From contig NZ_JBDOBQ010000010.1 of NCBI RefSeq assembly GCF_047723915.1, positions 12,720 to 76,719 of the forward strand: a DNA stretch of 64,000 bases, in the 5' to 3' direction. The position numbers were made by a program, and so were the translations under genes. Below, piece by piece: positions 26,734 through 35,484 of this stretch. The first letter of the stretch is position 1. Each line of letters opens with the position of its first letter. The notes under the pieces are model-generated. The model saw only the letters and a list, made by a program, of their open reading frames with translations. It had not been told where the DNA came from and made no database searches. The stretch is from Acetobacter sp. GTDB taxonomy: Bacteria > Pseudomonadota > Alphaproteobacteria > Acetobacterales > Acetobacteraceae.

Positions 26734-29367
26734 ATGTCCCAATCGACCAGCACATCCCTGACCTACGATTTCCATACCGTCGAACCCAAATGGCAGGCCG
26801 CCTGGGACAGCGCGGGCATTTTTACCGTGCCCGACGTGCCCCCCGCCGACCGGCCCAAATATTATGTGCTGGAAATGTTTCCCTACCCGTCGGGGCAGTT
26901 GCATATGGGCCATGTGCGCAACTACGCGCTGGGCGATGTCATTGCCCGTTACAAGCGCGCGCGCGGCTATGCGGTGCTGCACCCCATGGGCTGGGACGCC
27001 TTTGGCCTGCCGGCTGAAAACGCGGCGCGCGAACGCGGCGTACACCCGCGCGAATGGACCCTGAACAACATTGCCGCCATGCGCGCGACCCTGCAGCGCC
27101 TTGGCTTTTCGCTGAACTGGGACCGCGAGATCGCGACCTGCCTGCCGGACTACTACGGCAAGCAGCAGAAGCTGTTTCTGGACTTTCTGGCCGCGGGGCT
27201 GGTGGAACGGCGCGAAAGCTGGGTGAACTGGGACCCCGTGGACCACACCGTGCTGGCCAACGAACAGGTGGTGGACGGCAAGGGCTGGCGCTCGGGGGCG
27301 CCGATCGAGAAAAAACAGCTTTCGCAGTGGTTCCTCAAGATCACCGATTTTGCCGAAAGCCTGCTGGACGGACTGGGCACGCTCGACCGCTGGCCCGAAC
27401 GCGTGCGCACCATGCAGGAACGCTGGATTGGCCGGTCCGAAGGGGCGCGCATCCGCTTTTCGCTGCATCAGCCGCCCGCCGGGCTGGATACCGACCTGAA
27501 CGCGGTGGAAGTGTTCACCACCCGGCCCGACACGCTGTTCGGCATGTCGTTCCTGGCCATTGCCCCCGACCACCCGCTGGCCGCATGGGCCGCGGCGCAG
27601 AACCCGCAGGCGGCGGATTTCGTGGCCGAATGCCGCAGGCTGGGCACCTCGGTCGAGGCGGTTGAAACGGCGGAAAAGCGCGGGTTCGACACCGGGCTGC
27701 GCGTCAACCACCCGTTCATGGACAAGAGCTTTCCTGTCTGGATCGCCAATTTCGTGCTGATGGACTACGGCACGGGCGCGCTGTTCGGCTGCCCGGCGGG
27801 AGACCAGCGCGACCTTGATTTCGCGCATAAATATGCCCTGCCGGTGCTGCCGGTCGTTCTGCCCCCGGGCAAGGACCAGGCGGATTTTACCGTGACCACC
27901 CAAGCCTATACGGGCGATGGCGTGCTGATCAATTCCGGCTTTCTGGACGGGCTGAGCACGCAGGACGCGCGCAGTGCCGCCATTACCCGGCTGGAAGACC
28001 AGGGCGTGGGCGAAGGTGTCACCAACTGGCGGCTGCGCGACTGGGGCATTTCGCGCCAGCGCTACTGGGGCTGCCCCATTCCCGTGATCCACTGCGACAC
28101 CTGCGGCCCGGTGCCCGTGCCCGACGCGCAACTGCCGGTGGAACTGCCCGAGGACGTCACCTTCGAGAAGCCCGGCAACCCGCTGGACCACCACCCCACC
28201 TGGAAGCACACGACCTGCCCGTGCTGCGGCAAGCCCGCCCTGCGCGAGACCGACACGTTCGATACGTTCGTCGACAGTTCGTGGTATTTCGCCCGGTTTA
28301 CCGCGCCGCACGCCGCCACCCCCACGGTACGTGCCGCGGCCGATGCCTGGCTGCCGGTTGACCAGTATATCGGCGGGATCGAACACGCCATCCTGCACCT
28401 GCTCTATGCGCGCTTCTTTACCCGCGCCATGCACCGCACCGACAACCTGGACATGGACGAACCCTTTGCCGGGCTGTTCACCCAGGGCATGGTCAGCCAC
28501 GAAAGCTACAAGGACAGCGCGGGCAACTGGCTCTACCCCGAAGAGGTGGAGCGCGGGCCGTCCGGCGTGGTCAAGACCGGCACCACCGAACCCGTGACCG
28601 TGGGCCGGGTGGAAAAAATGTCCAAGTCCAAGCGCAACACGGTGGCCCCGGTGGCCATTATCGAGCGCTTTGGCGCGGATACGGCGCGCTGGTTCGTGCT
28701 GTCCGACAGCCCGCCCGAACGCGACATGGAATGGACCGAGGCCGGCGTGGCCGGGGCCGCGCGCTTTGCCCAGCGCCTGTTCCGCACGGTCTGCGCCATT
28801 GCCGCCAGCGTGCCCGCAACGCCTGACTGCCCGGCCGAAATCTGTGCCGAAGCCGACACCCTGCGCCGCACCACGCACCGCACCATTGCCGCCGTGACCG
28901 AGGCGCTGGAAAGCTTTGCCATCAACGTGGCGGTGGCGCGTATCCATGAACTGACATCCGCCATGGCGGAGGCTGAAAAAGCCGCCGCCAAGGGCCACGA
29001 TACCCCGGCGGGTCTGGGCTTTGCCCTGCGTGAAGCGGCACGCACGCTGTGCCTGCTGAGTGCCCCCATGATGCCGCATCTGGCCGAGGAAATGTTCGCA
29101 ACCCTCGACCCCGCCGCCGGTCTGGCCGCCAGCCAGTCCTGGCCCCAGGCCGAGCCCGACCTGCTGGCCGCCACCAGCCTGACCATTGCCGTGCAGATCA
29201 TGGGCAAGCTGCGCGGCACCGTGCAGGCCGAACCGGACGAGGACGCCGCCGCCGTGCTGGCCAGGGCGGAAGCGGAACCGAACGTGGCCCGGCTGCTGGA
29301 GGGCAAGCGCATTGTCAAGCGCGTGCATGTGCCCAACCGTATCGTCAACTTCGTTACGGCAGGCTGA
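26734..29367 (+). CDS. leuS: Leucyl-tRNA synthetase
   Basis: 877 aa. Contains the HIGH-type motif [11 protein letters not shown] and the KMSKS motif. Confidence 0.97.
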   Translation: MSQSTSTSLTYDFHTVEPKWQAAWDSAGIFTVPDVPPADRPKYYVLEMFPYPSGQLHMGHVRNYALGDVIARYKRARGYAVLHPMGWDAFGLPAENAARERGVHPREWTLNNIAAMRATLQRLGFSLNWDREIATCLPDYYGKQQKLFLDFLAAGLVERRESWVNWDPVDHTVLANEQVVDGKGWRSGAPIEKKQLSQWFLKITDFAESLLDGLGTLDRWPERVRTMQERWIGRSEGARIRFSLHQPPAGLDTDLNAVEVFTTRPDTLFGMSFLAIAPDHPLAAWAAAQNPQAADFVAECRRLGTSVEAVETAEKRGFDTGLRVNHPFMDKSFPVWIANFVLMDYGTGALFGCPAGDQRDLDFAHKYALPVLPVVLPPGKDQADFTVTTQAYTGDGVLINSGFLDGLSTQDARSAAITRLEDQGVGEGVTNWRLRDWGISRQRYWGCPIPVIHCDTCGPVPVPDAQLPVELPEDVTFEKPGNPLDHHPTWKHTTCPCCGKPALRETDTFDTFVDSSWYFARFTAPHAATPTVRAAADAWLPVDQYIGGIEHAILHLLYARFFTRAMHRTDNLDMDEPFAGLFTQGMVSHESYKDSAGNWLYPEEVERGPSGVVKTGTTEPVTVGRVEKMSKSKRNTVAPVAIIERFGADTARWFVLSDSPPERDMEWTEAGVAGAARFAQRLFRTVCAIAASVPATPDCPAEICAEADTLRRTTHRTIAAVTEALESFAINVAVARIHELTSAMAEAEKAAAKGHDTPAGLGFALREAARTLCLLSAPMMPHLAEEMFATLDPAAGLAASQSWPQAEPDLLAATSLTIAVQIMGKLRGTVQAEPDEDAAAVLARAEAEPNVARLLEGKRIVKRVHVPNRIVNFVTAG

Positions 29368-30065
29368 TGCGCCCGCCCCGCCCCGCCCTGCGTTGCATAC
29401 GGGCCGCGCTGGCCACCCTGCCGGTGCTGGCCCTGCTGGTGCCTCTGGCGGGCTGCGGCTTCAAGCCCCTGTACGGTACACAGGACGGGCAGGCGGATAT
29501 CACGGCCGAAATGGCGCAGATCTATGTCGCCAATATCAACGAACGCTCGGGCCAGCAGCTTCGTCTGGCCCTGCAGGCCGAACTGGAACAGGGTGCCGCC
29601 GAAGACCCGCATAAATATACGCTGGTCGTCCAGCCCTCCTTCGGGGGGGAAGCGGTGGATATCCATTCCGACAACACGTCGGGGCGTACCCGCATAACCG
29701 GCCATGCCCACTGGCAGCTTTTCACGGTGGACATCAACCCCAGACTGCTGGCCCAGGGCGATACGAGCGCGCTGGACGGATATACCGGCACCTACGAACA
29801 GTATTTCGCCCAGACCCTGAATGCCGAGACGGCCATCGGACGGCTGGCCCATACACTGGCCCACCAGGTGGCGCAGCAGGTGGCCATATGGTTCCGCACC
29901 AGAGCCACACCGGCCAGCACGCGCGACCGGGGACCGCGCGCCATGTACCCGGCGGGTGGCGCGATCTCGCAGTCTGAAAAACAGGGGCCGATGGAACAGG
30001 AAGGCGAAGACGCCGTTCCCGACATGGCGACCGGGCGGTCCACGCCCGATGCCGGGCAGCTTTAA
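29367..30065 (+). CDS. lptE: LPS-assembly lipoprotein LptE
   Basis: Contains lipobox VPLAGCGFKPLYG. The ATG overlaps the leuS stop (TGATG). The leuS-lptE-holA synteny is conserved. Confidence 0.8.
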   Translation: MRPPRPALRCIRAALATLPVLALLVPLAGCGFKPLYGTQDGQADITAEMAQIYVANINERSGQQLRLALQAELEQGAAEDPHKYTLVVQPSFGGEAVDIHSDNTSGRTRITGHAHWQLFTVDINPRLLAQGDTSALDGYTGTYEQYFAQTLNAETAIGRLAHTLAHQVAQQVAIWFRTRATPASTRDRGPRAMYPAGGAISQSEKQGPMEQEGEDAVPDMATGRSTPDAGQL

Positions 30066-30074
30066 GGCCGCGCC

Positions 30075-31100
30075 ATGAAAATAGACGCCCGCACCCTGCC
30101 CCGCGTCCTGGCCGACCCGGGTGCGTGGCGGGCGATCCTGCTGTACGGAGAGGATACGGGGCTTATTCGTGAACGCGCGCAGGACGCGGTGCGTAAAATT
30201 GCAGGCACAACGGACGACCCGTTCCGCATTGCCGTGCTGGACCGCGAAACCCATGACCGGCTGGAGGAAGAAGCCACGGCCCTCTCGCTCATGGGCGGGC
30301 GGCGTGTGGTGCGCGTGCGCGACGCGTCGGACAGCCAGCTCAAACCTCTTGAACACAGCCTGGCCCAGAACACCGACACCCTGCTTGTGCTCGAAGCCCC
30401 CGGCCTGGCCTCGCGCTCCAAGCTGCGCGCCTTTATGGAAGCGCGACCCGACTGCGCCTCCATCGGCTGTTACCCAGAGGAAGGCCGCAATCTGGAGGGC
30501 AGCGTGTCCAAAATGCTGGGCGCGCATCAGGTCCGCATAGACCCCGATGCACTGCACTGGCTGACCACCCGTCTGGGGGCCGACCGCGCCGCTGCCCGCA
30601 GCGAGGTCGAAAAACTGGCCCTTTACGCGGGCGATGGCGGCAGGCTTGATCTGGAAGACGTGCGTGCCTGCATTGGGGATGCCGGCAGCGTTTCGGTCGA
30701 AGACGCAGCCTTTGCCGCAACGGAAGGGCAGAGAGCGCAGGCCGATCTGGCGCTGGAACGCGCGCTGGCCGAAGGCACCAGCCCCATTGCCATTATCCGC
30801 GCTTTTCTGGCCCATCTGCACCGCCTGCGCCGGGTGCGCGCGGCCATGGCCACGGGGCTGAGCCGCACCGACGCCCTGAAAACCCTACGCCCGCCGGTGT
30901 TTTTCAAACGCACGGCAAGCTTTGGCCGCGCGCTGGAACTCTGGACCCTGCCCGCCTTAACGCGGGAAACCGCGGCGTGGCAGGCGCTGGAACTGGCCTG
31001 CAAACAGACCGGCGCGCCCGACACGCTGCTCTGCCGCCGTCAGGTTGCCATACTGAGTGCCCGGGCGGCGCAGACCGGCAGCAAAAACGCACGGGGCTGA
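30075..31100 (+). CDS. holA: DNA polymerase III delta subunit
   Basis: 341 aa. Begins ILLYGEDTGL... and sits after lptE in the conserved position. Confidence 0.85.
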   Translation: MKIDARTLPRVLADPGAWRAILLYGEDTGLIRERAQDAVRKIAGTTDDPFRIAVLDRETHDRLEEEATALSLMGGRRVVRVRDASDSQLKPLEHSLAQNTDTLLVLEAPGLASRSKLRAFMEARPDCASIGCYPEEGRNLEGSVSKMLGAHQVRIDPDALHWLTTRLGADRAAARSEVEKLALYAGDGGRLDLEDVRACIGDAGSVSVEDAAFAATEGQRAQADLALERALAEGTSPIAIIRAFLAHLHRLRRVRAAMATGLSRTDALKTLRPPVFFKRTASFGRALELWTLPALTRETAAWQALELACKQTGAPDTLLCRRQVAILSARAAQTGSKNARG

Positions 31101-31338
31101 ACGTACCGCCCCTTGGCCTTTGTCTCTCTCCCACGTCATCGGGCGGCAACTGCACATACCGGCTCCGGCCCCGCCAGGCGCGATTCTCCGGCCACGGTCG
31201 GTTCGCCGTGGCGACTACACCCCCGCTGCGGAAAAAGAACACGACATCGTACCCGGCGGCGGATCGCCAGGAGACTGGCAGCCCGCAACGGTTCGCCCCT
31301 TGCCGGGAGAGGGTGGTTTTTGTATAGAGAGTGCGTGT

Positions 31339-31658
31339 GTCCGCGTAGCTCAGCAGGATAGAGCACAGGATTCCTAGGTAAAATTGGGCACCATGTCAGG
31401 AAACGGCATGGTGAATCCGCTCAAAGTCGGGGAACGCTACGGCCGCAAGGCCTTGCCAATCCCGAGCCAAGCCGCCCTTGCGGGCGGAAGGTGTAGAGAC
31501 TGGACGGGCGGTGCCTAAAGACCTGCATGCAGGTCCATGGCAAAGGGACAGTCCAGCCCACAAACGTTCCCCCCGGCATGCCGGTGGTGGTAACGGCTGT
31601 GAAAACCGCAGTGGGATGAATCCTGGGGCCGTGGGTTCGAATCCCGCCGCGGACACCA
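31339..31658 (+). tRNA. tRNA-Arg(CCU) gene interrupted by a group I intron (exons 31339-31375 and 31619-31655, then encoded CCA)
   Basis: The joined exons fold into a canonical cloverleaf: acceptor GTCCGCG/CGCGGAC, D arm GCTC/GAGC, anticodon stem CAGGA/TCCTG with loop TTCCTAA, and T arm GTGGG-TTCGAAT-CCCGC. Confidence 0.9.
31376..31618 (+). ncRNA. Group I intron (IC3-like, bacterial tRNA-intron type), 243 nt, no ORF
   Basis: It is inserted after the anticodon U and ends in G. CCGAGCCAAGC (31462-31472) and GAAGGTGTAGAGACTGGACGG (31487-31507) match the Azoarcus/Agrobacterium tRNA-intron core as I remember it. Hairpins lie at 31389-31413 and 31520-31535. Confidence 0.85.
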
Positions 31659-31674
31659 CACATTTTTCATTCAT

Positions 31675-31711
31675 CTGGTTTTTTTGCGTTTTATTCCTGC
31701 AAAAAAACCAG
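31675..31711 (+). terminator. Bidirectional-type terminator hairpin after the tRNA
   Basis: CTGGTTTTTTTGC (31675-31687) and GCAAAAAAACCAG (31699-31711) are perfect 13-nt arms rich in T and A runs. Confidence 0.6.
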
Positions 31712-32132
31712 TCCTCCTTCCATTTTCCCAACACGCCATGACATGCACCCCTGTCGCGCCCCCCCTGTGCCGACAGGTGCATTGTATAGGGTTTAGCCCC
31801 AGGCTTTGGAGCGCCGTGCGCGCCTCCCTCCACCACCGGAAAAACTGTTGAAAAATATGCATCCGCGCCGTCTCTCACGACGGATGCGCCGACGGTGCAT
31901 GTCCTGTTTCACGGTGATTTCACGTACGCACTTCAATGATGAACGTACAACCCTGTACATCTGCAGCGCACCGTGGATATTCATGATGAGTGTATGAAGT
32001 ATTAATATATTGAATAAGTATGATTCATGTCCTGAATCAATAGTCATACGGCACAATATTATTTTTGTTGAAAAATTAAATTAATAAAACTTACTCTGTT
32101 CTCCATTCATTTCCTTCAATGGAGTCTCGCTG

Positions 32133-32378
32133 ATGGCGTCTATGCTCAGGTGTGCAAGCTGCACGTGTTCCACGTGCGCGGTCGCCTGCGAGGTCGTTTC
32201 TCTCCGGTTTGCACTGGACATGGTCCGGCGCGAACTCTCAGCGGACAGTCTGGCAAAACTGCTTGTTTATTTCGATGCATTGCATGACACGCACAAAATC
32301 CCGTTTTGCGATACACGCGCCATACTACGCGGGATCACCATCCCGGATTTTGTACCGCATATGGCGTGTCTCGAATAA
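32133..32378 (+). CDS. Hypothetical small protein (81 aa) with a Cys-rich N-terminus
   Basis: ORF in a lower-GC patch, with GGAG 11 nt upstream of the ATG. The N-terminus is MASMLRCASCTCSTCAVAC. No family recognised. Confidence 0.3.
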   Translation: MASMLRCASCTCSTCAVACEVVSLRFALDMVRRELSADSLAKLLVYFDALHDTHKIPFCDTRAILRGITIPDFVPHMACLE

Positions 32379-32513
32379 GCGGACCATATGTCCACACGCT
32401 GAATCGGCCCTATATGGGGCAGCCCGTGCCATGGTGCCCGAGCGTCCTGATAGCCCCCTGACAACGCCCTGATCCCCTGACTGCCCGCGTCCGGTTCACT
32501 GGCCAGACAATGC

Positions 32514-33737
32514 TCAGGCGGGTCCTGCGCGTTGGCGCAGCATGGTAAAAAACCCGACACAGGCTGCTGCAAAGCCAGCGGCAGCACCCACGCCGAGGGC
32601 CCAGCGCGGGCCGAACGTATCAGCCACCCAACCTACGATCGGCGCACCGACGGGGGTACCGCCCAGGGCGACACCCACCCGCAGCGCCAGCACGCGCCCA
32701 CGCATTTCGGGCGTGGTGGAAAGCTGCATGAGACTGCTGGAGGTGTTGGTAACAGTCAGCATGGCTACGCCGGTCATGGCCAGGGCAGCAGCAAAATACC
32801 AGTAGCCCGGCGCAAAAGCGGCCAGAACACAGCCAAGCCCGAAAATACCCGAACCTGTCACCAGCAGATCGAAACGCGGCTTCTCCCGCCCTGCCCCCAG
32901 AATGGCACCGGCAATCGTACCCACCGCCATGATAGCCGAAAGCACACCATAGCCCCATGCATCCGTATGAAAGACGCTGACCGCCATGGTGGAGATGAAA
33001 ATAGGAAAGTTCATGCCGAATGTCCCGATCAGGAACAGCATGATCAGGATCGCACGGAGGTCAGGTCGCACCCAGGCGTAACGTAAACCGGCGGTAAAGC
33101 TGCCCTTTGTTCTGCGCGCCCGGGCATGCTGGCGCAGGGTGCTGGTGCGCAGCGCCAGCAGGGAGAACAGCACCCCGATAAACGATGCCCCATTGATCAG
33201 AAACGCCCAGCCGGTGCCGATCCAGGCAATAACCATGCCCGAGACGGCAGGCCCGATCATGCGCGCGGCGTTGAATGAGGTGGAATTGAGCGCCACGGCA
33301 TTATGCAGGTCTTCGTCCCCCACCAGCGCGGCCACAAACACCTGACGCACCGGCGCGTCGAACGCGGCCGCGCTGCCGAACAGGAAAGCGAAGACATAGA
33401 CATGCCACAACCGCACCGCCCCGGTCAGTGTCAGCAGGCCAAGTGCCAGAGCCAGAACACCCATGGCCGCCTGGGTCAGCACAAGCAGGCGACGCTGGTT
33501 GAAATGATCGGCGGCAAAGCCTGTCCAGGGCAGCAGCAGCATCTGCGGTCCGAACTGCAACGCCATGACCACCCCCATGGCCGAAGCGTCATGATGGGTC
33601 AACTGGGTCAGGACCAGCCAGTCCTGCGCCGTGCGCTGCACCCATGTCCCGATATTCGAGACAAAGGCCCCCCCGGCCCAGACACGGTAATTGGCGTTCC
33701 GCAGCGAGCGGAAAACAGCGTTGGGGGAATACGTCAC
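32514..33737 (-). CDS. MFS transporter (EntS/MFS_3-like)
   Basis: 407 aa, polytopic. FRSLRNANYRVWAGGAFVSNIGTWVQRTAQDWLV is typical of this subfamily. The GTG start overlaps the upstream stop (GTGA). Confidence 0.8.
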   Translation of the reverse strand: MTYSPNAVFRSLRNANYRVWAGGAFVSNIGTWVQRTAQDWLVLTQLTHHDASAMGVVMALQFGPQMLLLPWTGFAADHFNQRRLLVLTQAAMGVLALALGLLTLTGAVRLWHVYVFAFLFGSAAAFDAPVRQVFVAALVGDEDLHNAVALNSTSFNAARMIGPAVSGMVIAWIGTGWAFLINGASFIGVLFSLLALRTSTLRQHARARRTKGSFTAGLRYAWVRPDLRAILIMLFLIGTFGMNFPIFISTMAVSVFHTDAWGYGVLSAIMAVGTIAGAILGAGREKPRFDLLVTGSGIFGLGCVLAAFAPGYWYFAAALAMTGVAMLTVTNTSSSLMQLSTTPEMRGRVLALRVGVALGGTPVGAPIVGWVADTFGPRWALGVGAAAGFAAACVGFFTMLRQRAGPA

Positions 33738-34093
33738 GGCTGGCGCATCACCTGAGCACCGTAAAAAGCGGCCGAAATGCGGTCATGCATAAGCGGGACA
33801 GAAAACGCGCCCAGCCCGGCTGCCGCGCCCTCGCTCATATCCGTCAGCATAAAACCGCCATCCTGCCAGAGCAGCCCACAAGCAACGCTCAGGTTACGCC
33901 CCTCCAATAGGACGTTGACAGTGGCAGCCGACAGCCCCCGCCGCGACGGGCTTGCAAACAGTGCCTGGAACGCGCGCCCCATCATGCCGCTGCCCCCGTG
34001 GAGCACCGCATGAGCCACAAAAAAGCCGCACCACACCAGGACAAAGGACAAAGCCACACCAGTGTCAGTTCCCCCGCCCAGGCAGCAGGGCAA
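33734..34093 (-). CDS. Hypothetical protein (start uncertain; could be 33988)
   Basis: It fills the gap between the isochorismatase and MFS genes. Its stop overlaps the MFS GTG start (GTGA), which suggests translational coupling. No family recognised. Confidence 0.35.
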   Translation of the reverse strand: MPCCLGGGTDTGVALSFVLVWCGFFVAHAVLHGGSGMMGRAFQALFASPSRRGLSAATVNVLLEGRNLSVACGLLWQDGGFMLTDMSEGAAAGLGAFSVPLMHDRISAAFYGAQVMRQP

Positions 34094-34631
34094 TCACCTC
34101 CGCACTCGACCCCACCTCACCCAGTCGGGGAAAAACCGTGTGTATGCTGTAGTCGTGCCCCTGCGCTCTGGTATCGGTCATGGCGTCAGCCGCAAGGGTC
34201 ACGTTGAACCCTGCCTCATAGGCCTGCCGCGCGGTAGCCTCCACCCCGATCGAGGTTGCCACACCTACCAGCACCACCTGGGTCACGCCTCGTGCTTTCA
34301 GCCTCGTCTCCAGATCGGTGTTGGCAAAAGCACCCCATGTACGCTTGGTGACGATCATATCGCCGGGCTGCGGGTCGAGTTCGGGTAGGAAATCCGTAAA
34401 ATCAGGCGGGATGGTACCGCTGGAAGCGGGTGGCGTTTCCGTCCGCCCCGGAGCCCTGCCGGCAACATTGACCAGCACCACAGGCAGCCCACGCGCCCTG
34501 AAAGCACCAGTCAGTTCGCATGTCCGGGCGAGAACCTGCGCGATGGGATGAAGAAAAGCCGCACCGGCAAGACCTTTTTGCAGGTCAATGACGACAAGAG
34601 CCGTGTCGGGATCGATAATGGACAGCGCCAT
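34065..34631 (-). CDS. Isochorismatase-family cysteine hydrolase
   Basis: Contains ALVVIDLQKG, TKRTWGAF and LVGVATSIGVE (catalytic Cys replaced or nearby; typical family layout). Start at ATG 34631 with AAGGAG upstream. Confidence 0.8.
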   Translation of the reverse strand: MALSIIDPDTALVVIDLQKGLAGAAFLHPIAQVLARTCELTGAFRARGLPVVLVNVAGRAPGRTETPPASSGTIPPDFTDFLPELDPQPGDMIVTKRTWGAFANTDLETRLKARGVTQVVLVGVATSIGVEATARQAYEAGFNVTLAADAMTDTRAQGHDYSIHTVFPRLGEVGSSAEVIALLPGRGN

Positions 34632-34679
34632 GGGAACTCCTTGGGCAAAAGGGGCCCGCAAGGCCGACCCCGGTCACGA

Positions 34680-35132
34680 TCAGTCTTCCACGATCCGGCG
34701 CAGCAGCCCGACAGCCGTGTTGAGCAGCGCCTGCTCCGCCGGTGAAAAACGGGACTGGACAGTACGGGCCAGCCAGTCCTGCCTGGCTGCACGCCCCTGA
34801 GCGACCTGCTGGCGGCACGATGCGGTAAGAGACAGTAAGGTCTGCCTTTTATCTGCGGGATCGGGTTCAGCCTGGACCAGACCTGACTGTATCAACGCGG
34901 CAATAACGGGAGCCATGGACTGGGGCCGCATACCGGCCCCACGCGCCAGGCTGGATGTTGTCGCGGGGCCTTCCGCCTCAAGTTGCAGCAACACCGAAAC
35001 CTGGGACGGTGTCAGATCACCCACATGGGCCTGCTCGCGCAGGCGGCGCTTGAGCTTGCCCAGCAGGGCACGGAGATCCTGCGCGAGGCGTGACGCATCG
35101 GGCGAGGGCTGAGTGTCTGGTTGTGCAGTCAT
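34680..35132 (-). CDS. MarR-family transcriptional regulator
   Basis: Contains LTPSQVSVLLQLEAEGPATTSSLARGAGMRPQSMAPVIAAL wHTH. Start trimmed to ATG 35132. Confidence 0.85.
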   Translation of the reverse strand: MTAQPDTQPSPDASRLAQDLRALLGKLKRRLREQAHVGDLTPSQVSVLLQLEAEGPATTSSLARGAGMRPQSMAPVIAALIQSGLVQAEPDPADKRQTLLSLTASCRQQVAQGRAARQDWLARTVQSRFSPAEQALLNTAVGLLRRIVED

Positions 35133-35295
35133 GATACATGATCCAACCATAAATACAGTCTACCTGTAAAGATAAACTGTTTAGTCTAGCTGTGCTTATG
35201 GCAGTACGGATGCACGCGCTCCGGGCTGGCAGTCGCAACCTCTCGCCCTTGGTCGTGCAGCGGAACACCCGGCTTGCGGACCACGCAGTCCATCG

Positions 35296-35337
35296 TGGAA
35301 AGCTTTGTGGAAACCCCTTGGAAACTCTCTTGGAAAC
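35296..35337. promoter_or_regulatory. Four phased direct repeats of TGGAAA(C) at 12/11/12-nt spacing
   Basis: TGGAAA starts at 35296, 35308, 35319 and 35331, in the divergent spacer between marR (35132) and the TPR/GT9-like gene (35485). Confidence 0.4.
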
Positions 35338-35484
35338 CGTGCCGGGGGGTTGACCTGCGCTGCGGATCGTTGAATGAAAACGAAAGCAGCACCTGCTCTG
35401 CCCGCAGGCTGGCAGGACGGACGGAACGCGCCGGAAAAGCCGTGCCCGACCGGGCTTGGTGCATGCAGCAAGGGGGAGTGAACA

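Noticed and set aside
25996-29328. 1110-aa ORF on the minus strand, the longest in the track
   Set aside because: It is exactly antisense to leuS, which has unmistakable HIGH/KMSKS motifs. Its product is a G/R/A/H-rich low-complexity string with no recognisable domain, a typical high-GC shadow ORF.
28533-30821. 762-aa minus-strand ORF
   Set aside because: It is antisense to the leuS 3' end, lptE and holA. Its composition is R/G/A-rich and it spans three real genes.
31396-31878. 160-aa minus-strand ORF across the intron; checked as a possible intron-encoded homing endonuclease
   Set aside because: It lies on the opposite strand and extends beyond the intron and the tRNA exon. It has no LAGLIDADG, GIY-YIG or HNH motifs. 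At 243 nt the intron is too short to host an ORF.
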